This document shows positions 5,973-11,662 of a DNA stretch of 11,662 nt, piece by piece. The DNA is from a virus (Duplodnaviria > Heunggongvirae > Uroviricota > Caudoviricetes), in the IMG/VR virus record IMGVR_UViG_3300044296_000239. One strand, 5' to 3'. How positions within the stretch are numbered: position 1 is the stretch's first letter; each line of letters starts with the position of its first letter. The notes beneath the pieces are model-generated. The model searched no databases. It was not told the DNA's origin and worked only from the letters and a program-made list of their open reading frames with translations. Made by a program: the position numbers and the translations under genes.

Positions 5973-6194
5973 TCAGTGTAAACTTGGAGGAGTATAGTAA
6001 GGAGCATTATAAACTTCATAGTATGAAGGATGATAAGCTTCTTCTACCAAATTAGTGAGTTGTGCATCAATTAACGCCTTTTTACTTTTTAATCTTGATG
6101 CTGCGTCATTTCTTCCTTTCTTCTTCATTCGCTGTATGTTATGTTCTAATCTGCGAGAGTCTCTTTTTAATTTTTCTATTGTTAAAGGAATCAT
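5973..6194 (-). CDS. Hypothetical basic helical protein (73 aa)
   Basis: AGGAG SD 12 nt upstream; amphipathic basic helices; low-complexity Tyr/Pro tail. Confidence 0.65.
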   Translation of the reverse strand: MIPLTIEKLKRDSRRLEHNIQRMKKKGRNDAASRLKSKKALIDAQLTNLVEEAYHPSYYEVYNAPYYTPPSLH

Positions 6195-6259
6195 TAGGTT
6201 ATGGTTCTCCTACTGTAAGTTAATTAATTCATAATATAGATTTTGCTTCCCCCTGAAGT

Positions 6260-6294
6260 AAAAAAAGGACTAAGGTCTCACGACCTAGTCCTTT
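6260..6294 (-). terminator. Rho-independent terminator
   Basis: AAAGGACTAGGTC-GTGA-GACC(T)TAGTCCTTTTTTT: GNRA tetraloop, one-base bulge and a U7 tract, about 30 nt after the 6327 stop. Confidence 0.85.
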
Positions 6295-6326
6295 GTTAAA
6301 AATTGTTGCTGTAAGCATACTACTAT

Positions 6327-6761
6327 TTATTTTTCGATGAGTCCTGGAAAAGCCTCTTGAACTAATTTTTTAGTCACACCCTTATATACGCCTTCGAGTG
6401 TCTTGTCTTTCATATGACAAACTAGAGGAACTTCTTTACTATCAATCCTATATAGAATATCTATAAACATTTTCTCTCTACGAACTCTGTTTACTTGTTC
6501 TCCTGGACCGCCTTTTACAAAATATCTAAATTTTTTTGTTTCAGCCATCAAATGATTTTTATCATATAGACGCTTCTCGTGTTCATCGATTGGTGGAACA
6601 CCAACCGGAAGAATAAACTGAATCGTATCATCAAATGCACCCTTTAGAATGTCTCTCAATTCTAAAGAGTTATATTGTTGTAAAAGAGAGACCTTCTCTT
6701 TACGAGAATCTGTCTTTGCAACCAATTCTAAAACTTCTGATACTAATATTTTTTGTGCCAT
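6327..6761 (-). CDS. Conserved T4-like phage hypothetical protein (recalled as DUF6433-like)
   Basis: SEVL..V.K...KEKV..LQ.YNS..LR.ILKGAFD....LP.G.PP, YFVKGG, RRE.MFI and KKLVQEAFPGLI motifs. The family name is from memory. Confidence 0.8.
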   Translation of the reverse strand: MAQKILVSEVLELVAKTDSRKEKVSLLQQYNSLELRDILKGAFDDTIQFILPVGVPPIDEHEKRLYDKNHLMAETKKFRYFVKGGPGEQVNRVRREKMFIDILYRIDSKEVPLVCHMKDKTLEGVYKGVTKKLVQEAFPGLIEK

Positions 6762-6763
6762 AT

Positions 6764-7615
6764 TTAAAACTCTTGTACTGAATCAACTAACATTTTGCAA
6801 CGTTTCTTAATTAAATAATCTAAGATCTTTGCACGAGGTGCAACGGTTTGCTCTTCGTATGTATTTATAATCCCGTCCTTAATGTTTTGTGGGATCATCG
6901 ATAGATCAATTAATTGCTTATTACGTTGATAGTTTCTAAATGTCTCTTCATTCATTGCTGATTTAAGGTCTTCAGCTTTTTCCAACCATCCATCAATTTT
7001 CTTTTTACTAATAGGAGTTTGTCTACCGCCATCCACAAAAGTAGAATCTGCAGAAAGAATATTAGGGATACCATCCCCGCTATCGCCACGAATGATGTGC
7101 TCAAACAGGTATAAATGAGGGTTTGAGTCTGTGACGACTTTCTTTTGGATTGGCGAGAACTGTTTAACATTCTTAAACTTATGAAGTTGTATAAAGTCTC
7201 CATCAGAAGAAATAATCATCACGGGTTCATTCTTACCAAACTCTTGTGTTTGCTCAATCAATACAGCAATTACATCATCTGCTTCAGTACGATCTATATG
7301 AACTACTTTATATGGAAAGTTTTCTTTAATCTCATCTCTAATCATGTTCAATAATTCAAAGAAGAGATTCCAATCCATTGTAGATTGTTCACGCGCTTTC
7401 TTGCGATTAGCTTTATATTGTGGAAAAATACTCTTGCGCCAAGAATTACCACCATCACACGCTAATACAATTTGTCCGTATTCTGCTTTATATTTTTTAG
7501 AATACATTCTAATAGTATTTAGAATTAGATGACGCAAGAACCCTTCTGTTAACTCAGCATTTGGCTGAGCATAGAATGCTGCAATAGAGATTTGAGAGAA
7601 GTCAATTAGTATCAT
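6764..7615 (-). CDS. rnh: T4-type RNase H (5'-3' exonuclease, FEN/PIN fold)
   Basis: MILIDFSQI, SWRKxxFPQYKANRK, EADDVI, SSDGDFIQL, GDSGDGIPNI and RNxQLIDL motifs. Confidence 0.93.
   Translation of the reverse strand: MILIDFSQISIAAFYAQPNAELTEGFLRHLILNTIRMYSKKYKAEYGQIVLACDGGNSWRKSIFPQYKANRKKAREQSTMDWNLFFELLNMIRDEIKENFPYKVVHIDRTEADDVIAVLIEQTQEFGKNEPVMIISSDGDFIQLHKFKNVKQFSPIQKKVVTDSNPHLYLFEHIIRGDSGDGIPNILSADSTFVDGGRQTPISKKKIDGWLEKAEDLKSAMNEETFRNYQRNKQLIDLSMIPQNIKDGIINTYEEQTVAPRAKILDYLIKKRCKMLVDSVQEF
6862..6869 (-). promoter_or_regulatory. Possible T4 late promoter (TATAAATA)
   Basis: Exact T4 gp55 -10 consensus about 100 nt upstream of the 6761 start. It lies inside rnh, so it may be a chance match. 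Confidence 0.35.
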
Positions 7616-7621
7616 AATGTA

Positions 7622-7650
7622 ATTATACCATAATTTTTTACTGCTGTAAA
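7622..7650 (-). promoter_or_regulatory. sigma70/T4-early-type promoter P4
   Basis: TTTACA-N17-TATAAT with a TGG extended -10; rnh ATG 7615 lies 6 nt downstream. Confidence 0.8.
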
Positions 7651-8051
7651 CCCTTTATGTGGGCTCTGTGCACTTTAACCATAATCCAATCATTGTAATA
7701 TTCTTTGCTAGTTAGAACACCTCTGGTGAACTGCTCATAGGCTTCTAAATAGTTACATTCACCTTTTCCTGCACACAGATGTAAGATTTCTCGTTTATAT
7801 CGATCTTCGCCGTTCTCTGCTATTTCTTCAAGTAAAACTTTGTTAGATCCAAAGTATGTCTTCCAGTCAGATTCTACTTTGAGTCTTTTCTTCTTTCCTT
7901 TTACTTGTTTAGTCTTACTAGACCAAAATAGTTTTTTACCAACGTATTGTTTTTGTGTGGTAGTATCAGTAATTAGATAAACAAATCCATAAACATCTTT
8001 ATGTGTTTGTTCTCCTAGTTCGTATGGTTTACCATTGTATGTCCATGTCAT
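7638..8051 (-). CDS. Stand-alone GIY-YIG endonuclease (SegE-like family)
   Basis: GFVYLIT...YVGKK, ESDWKTYFGS, REIL, YLE and YYN motifs. Start is probably ATG 8051 or 8054 rather than TTG 8057. Confidence 0.85.
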   Translation of the reverse strand: MTWTYNGKPYELGEQTHKDVYGFVYLITDTTTQKQYVGKKLFWSSKTKQVKGKKKRLKVESDWKTYFGSNKVLLEEIAENGEDRYKREILHLCAGKGECNYLEAYEQFTRGVLTSKEYYNDWIMVKVHRAHIKGLQQ

Positions 8052-8214
8052 CATCAAATATATTGTCCTTTAAGAGGTCGTAATCTTCATCCTCTTCTAT
8101 ATATGATGATCCACAAAACGGACAAAACATTGGTTCCTCTGTAACCTGATCGTAATCATATTCGATCGTTGCTTCTATACTACACGTAGTACATTCTAGT
8201 GTTTTCTTTGTCAT
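8029..8214 (-). CDS. Zn-ribbon/rubredoxin-like small acidic protein
   Basis: CTTC-X19-CPFCG followed by an Asp/Glu-rich tail; ATGA overlap with the glutaredoxin gene. Confidence 0.78.
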   Translation of the reverse strand: MTKKTLECTTCSIEATIEYDYDQVTEEPMFCPFCGSSYIEEDEDYDLLKDNIFDDDMDIQW

Positions 8215-8453
8215 AAACTCTGTTCTTTTAAATCAAACCAGATTTTTAATTTATCAAATCCTCCGATCAATTCTGATTTATGATAAATTTGTGGTACTGA
8301 TCGTAAACCTTGTTCAACAAGTAGATCTCTACCTGCTGCATTTTTATCGATATTAATTTCAGTATATTCAATGCCTTTAGACTCAAGTAATGCTTTAGCT
8401 TGTGTACAATAAGGACATACTGTTCTGCTATATACAATCCATTCGTGTGTCAT
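8211..8453 (-). CDS. nrdC: Glutaredoxin (NrdC-like)
   Basis: CPYC active site, SVPQI cis-Pro motif, IGGFD; directly after nrdB. Confidence 0.92.
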   Translation of the reverse strand: MTHEWIVYSRTVCPYCTQAKALLESKGIEYTEINIDKNAAGRDLLVEQGLRSVPQIYHKSELIGGFDKLKIWFDLKEQSL

Positions 8454-9571
8454 AGTGATAGACCTTTTAGTGTATCAGCGGAGATATCTTGCTTGACTCC
8501 ACCTGTAATATAACTTGTAATTTCTGTTTCTTGTGGTGCAACTTGAACGTTACCACCACCAATCCACTTCTCTGTCCATGGAAGAGGATTAGACTGTGAC
8601 ACGGTGTATGGACAATGATATGACAATGCACGCATGCGACGACAACCAATCCATTCTACATAGTCAGCTAATAACTTTTCATTTAAACCAATCATTGAAC
8701 CGTCTTTAAATAAGTATTTAGCCCAATCTTTTTCTTGTTCAATGGCTGAAGTAAACATATCCATCACTTGTTTCTCAGTCTCTTGACGAATCTGAACAAA
8801 GTCTTTATCATCTTTGATAAGATGTTTAATGATAGAAGTGCTAGCAGCTAGGTGAGTGTTCTCATCACGAGCGATAAACTTAATTACCTTTGCATTACCT
8901 TCCATCTTTTTGAGTTCAGCAAATGCCCATGAACAGGCAAATGAAACATAGAAGCGAATACCTTCAAGTATGTATACGCTCATTAAGCACAAGAATAATT
9001 TCTTCTTCAGTTCATATAAATCGATGCGTATAGTTTCGCCGTTGACCGTATGATCTCCGAGTCCAAGCATTTCATAATAACGACTGTAAGAAATAAAGTC
9101 ATCATAATAAACGCTAATATCATGAGCGCAATCGAGGATAGGTTGAATTGTTTTAATCTCATCAAATACTTTTGAAGGGTTTGCATAAACATTACGAATA
9201 ATATGTGTATATGAACGTGAATGAATTGTCTCAAAGAATGCCCACGTTTCGACCATCACTTCAAGTTCTGGCACAGATGCCATTGGTAAAAATGCTAGAT
9301 TTGGTGAACGACCTTGTACAGAGTCTAATAAGATCTGTCGCTTAAGGTTTGATGTAAAGATGTGTTGTTCATATTCGTTTAGATCATGAAAGTCTTTACG
9401 ATCCTTCGATAGGTCCATCTCTTCTGGTCTCCAAAAGAAACCAAGTTGTTTGTCAGTTAACTTTTCAAATTGTGAGTATCGTACCGCATCATAACGTGCT
9501 ATATCTACTGGTTCACCGAAGAACATCGGAGATTCAAGGTGACTTTTACTTTTTATTTTGAATACTGACAT
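8450..9571 (-). CDS. nrdB: Ribonucleotide reductase class Ia beta subunit
   Basis: FFWRPEE, LLDSVQGR, ETIHSRSY (Fe ligands plus radical Tyr), LEGIRFYVSF, IARDENTH and APQETEITSY. Confidence 0.97.
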   Translation of the reverse strand: MSVFKIKSKSHLESPMFFGEPVDIARYDAVRYSQFEKLTDKQLGFFWRPEEMDLSKDRKDFHDLNEYEQHIFTSNLKRQILLDSVQGRSPNLAFLPMASVPELEVMVETWAFFETIHSRSYTHIIRNVYANPSKVFDEIKTIQPILDCAHDISVYYDDFISYSRYYEMLGLGDHTVNGETIRIDLYELKKKLFLCLMSVYILEGIRFYVSFACSWAFAELKKMEGNAKVIKFIARDENTHLAASTSIIKHLIKDDKDFVQIRQETEKQVMDMFTSAIEQEKDWAKYLFKDGSMIGLNEKLLADYVEWIGCRRMRALSYHCPYTVSQSNPLPWTEKWIGGGNVQVAPQETEITSYITGGVKQDISADTLKGLSL

Positions 9572-9733
9572 TTACCATTTCCCTAGCGGACATTTAAAAC
9601 TTGGTACTATTATCTTTAATAACAGTACACACCCACATTCTTTACAACGTTCAACTTTTAAAAGATCTGTTTTTCTAGGACAAGTAGAACAGATCTCATA
9701 TCTTTTTATAGCTAATTCTTTTATATCTTGCAT
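9572..9733 (-). CDS. Small Cys-rich protein (53 aa, CxxC...CxxCGC...CPLGKW; recalled as DUF6171-like)
   Basis: Manual translation: MQDIKELAIKRYEICSTCPRKTDLLKVERCKECGCVLLLKIIVPSFKCPLGKW*. The ATG overlaps the nrdA end by 13 nt and the TAA abuts the nrdB ATG. Confidence 0.85.
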   Translation of the reverse strand: MQDIKELAIKRYEICSTCPRKTDLLKVERCKECGCVLLLKIIVPSFKCPLGKW

Positions 9734-11662
9734 GATTCGCAGTCTTCTTCACCTTCTACTGGCTCAGTAAGTTGCGCTTCAATTGCCTTGAATTCTTTTT
9801 CGTGTAACTCACCAGCACCATCATAAGTATTGAAATAATACAGTTGCTTACCACCATACTTATAAAACATAACCAAGTGTTTAATCATATCTGACATAGA
9901 CACTTTATGGTCTTCATAATTTTCTGGATTATAAGAAGTATTGACAGAAATACCTTGATCGATGTACTTCTGTAAGACAGCACAGATCTTTAGGTAACCT
10001 TCAGGAGATTTTTGGTTCCACAATAAATCGTATTGATTACGTAGCTTGTGATAACCTGGTACAACCTGTGCCATCACACCATCTTTAGATTGTTTGAATG
10101 ACACTAATGCGCGTGGTGGTTCAATGCCATTAGTAGAGTTACTAATTTGTGCAGATGTTTCTGCAGGCATCAAAGCCATTAAAGTAGAGTTGCGAATACC
10201 AAAATGAATTAAGTCTTGACGTAGATCGAACCAATCCATACGTTCTTGATGTGGGATTAATTCATCAACTTCTTTCTTATATGTATTATTTGGTGTTTCT
10301 CCACGAGAGTATTTAGTTTCACCAGATAATGGACATGCACCCTTCTCTTTAGCAAGTTGTACAGACGCTTTAATCAAATAATATGACCATGCTTCTGCAT
10401 ACTCATCAATTACTGGGAGTGCTGCGTCATCGTACTTAAGTCCTCGTTTTGCAAGGAAGTATGCGAGGTTGATGATGCCGTTACCAAGAGGGCGGCGATT
10501 TTGCGTTGATCTTTCCGCTGCTTTAACTGGGTACCATTGATAGTCGAGTAGCGCATCGAGGCCTCTGACTGAGAGGTCGCAATACTTTTCGAATTCTCTT
10601 GGTTCGTTGATGAGTCCCCAGTTAATGGCTGACAAAGTGCACAAACTGATCTCTCCATTTTCATCCTCCGCTGAAGTTAATGGCTTAGTTGGTAAATCGA
10701 TTTCACAACATAGATTAGACATACGAATGGGTGCTTTCTCTGGAATAAATGCACCATGACTATTAGCATGATCTACGTTCATCAAATAAATTCTACCAGT
10801 ATCTTTACGTTCTGTTAAGAACTGTGTAAAGACTTCCATTGCTGGTAAAATCTTCTTACGAATACCTTCTTTACGTTCATAAGACTCATAGAGTTGTTTG
10901 AACTTATCCTGATCTGCATAGAATGCTTCATATAAATCAGGAACTTCATCTGGAGAAAATAGAGTAATGTTACCACCTGTCAATAGACGTTCATACATCG
11001 TCTTATTAAATTGGAAACAATAATCCATATGACGTACACGAGTTTCTTCTGTACCCTTATTGTTCTTTAATACAATTAGATTTTCAAACTCGAGATGCCA
11101 AATTGGCATATAAATTGTTGCAGCACCACCACGTACACCGCCTTGTGAACATGATTTTACGGCAGCTTGGAAATACTTGAGGAATGGGATAAGACCGGTG
11201 TGAACAACACTACCGTCGCCGATACGACTACCAATAGCACGAATGCTACCAGCGCCGATACCAATGCCAGCCTTTTTAGAAATATAACGGACAATGGAAG
11301 TCGACGTCGAATTGATGGAGTCAAGAGAATCATCTGACTCAATAAGGACACAGCTACTAAACTGGCGAGTAGGAGTGCGAAGTCCAGCCATGATTGGGGT
11401 AGGTAGACTAATATAAAACTGAGAGATTGCATCGTAGTATTCCTTTACATATCTCATTCGAGTATCTCTTGGATAATTCATAAAGAGATTCATTGAGATA
11501 AGCATGTACAATATCTGCGGTGTTTCATAAGGTACTTTAGTCAAGCGATCTTGTACTAAATATTTTCCGCGAAATTGTTCCATGCCAACATACGTAAATT
11601 CATTATCACGATCATGTTTAATATGACGATCTAATTGATCGAACTCTTGTTCACTATAATCT
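9721..11662 (-). CDS. nrdA: Ribonucleotide reductase class Ia alpha subunit; 5' end outside the window
   Basis: The frame stays open to the window edge (DYSEQEFDQLDRHIKHDRDNEFTYVGMEQFRGKYLVQ). Motifs TRQFSSCVLI, SNLCCEI, SLCTLSA and LYYFNT, with a C-terminal CESCKI. Confidence 0.97.
   Translation of the reverse strand, partial: DYSEQEFDQLDRHIKHDRDNEFTYVGMEQFRGKYLVQDRLTKVPYETPQILYMLISMNLFMNYPRDTRMRYVKEYYDAISQFYISLPTPIMAGLRTPTRQFSSCVLIESDDSLDSINSTSTSIVRYISKKAGIGIGAGSIRAIGSRIGDGSVVHTGLIPFLKYFQAAVKSCSQGGVRGGAATIYMPIWHLEFENLIVLKNNKGTEETRVRHMDYCFQFNKTMYERLLTGGNITLFSPDEVPDLYEAFYADQDKFKQLYESYERKEGIRKKILPAMEVFTQFLTERKDTGRIYLMNVDHANSHGAFIPEKAPIRMSNLCCEIDLPTKPLTSAEDENGEISLCTLSAINWGLINEPREFEKYCDLSVRGLDALLDYQWYPVKAAERSTQNRRPLGNGIINLAYFLAKRGLKYDDAALPVIDEYAEAWSYYLIKASVQLAKEKGACPLSGETKYSRGETPNNTYKKEVDELIPHQERMDWFDLRQDLIHFGIRNSTLMALMPAETSAQISNSTNGIEPPRALVSFKQSKDGVMAQVVPGYHKLRNQYDLLWNQKSPEGYLKICAVLQKYIDQGISVNTSYNPENYEDHKVSMSDMIKHLVMFYKYGGKQLYYFNTYDGAGELHEKEFKAIEAQLTEPVEGEEDCESCKI

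Noticed and set aside
7638-8051. GIY-YIG gene as an active homing or mobile element
   Set aside because: It is a compact catalytic domain only, with no appended DNA-binding module or intron context, and it looks like a conserved stand-alone phage gene.
471-9770. Plus-strand ORFs in the track (e.g. 471-674, 744-1040, 3415-3765, 4662-4958, 5855-6055, 9558-9770)
   Set aside because: They are antisense shadows of well-supported minus-strand genes with no recognisable motifs.
848-11432. Alternate-frame minus-strand ORFs (848-1054, 1673-1948, 2923-3129, 6952-7203, 8467-8649, 9007-9234, 10410-10664, 11157-11432)
   Set aside because: They are fully nested in recognised genes and have no independent support.
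8450-11662. Intron or intein in nrdA/nrdB, as in T4 nrdB
   Set aside because: Both frames are continuous, with normal motif spacing and length in the visible part.
1-11662. Stop-codon reassignment, tRNA or rRNA genes
   Set aside because: Known genes are intact in the standard code, and TAA, TGA and TAG all end genes at expected positions. No cloverleaf or extended rRNA similarity was seen beyond the 15-nt match.

Overview
AT-rich window from a T4-like (Tevenvirinae/Kyanoviridae-style) myophage genome. Every convincing gene lies on the minus strand. In transcription order (right to left): class Ia ribonucleotide reductase nrdA (5'-truncated by the window), a 53-aa Cys-rich ORF missed by the ORF track, nrdB, glutaredoxin, a Zn-ribbon/acidic protein, a stand-alone GIY-YIG nuclease, T4-type RNase H and a conserved hypothetical protein. 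A terminator and two small genes follow, then a 226-bp non-coding region with a ~78% GC palindromic island and an IHF-consensus site. A dense run of small early-type genes comes next, including a CX5R phosphatase and two membrane proteins. The window ends with a stand-alone NAD+-ligase Ia-like domain, a HAD nucleotidase, a pyrimidine-dimer glycosylase, an FmdB-type Zn ribbon and the start of a PD-(D/E)XK exonuclease. Four sigma70/T4-early-type promoters share T(G/T)TACA-N17-TATAAT, and three of them appear to give leaderless mRNAs. No tRNA, rRNA, CRISPR array, intron or intein was seen. Family assignments come from motif recognition and memory, not from database searches.
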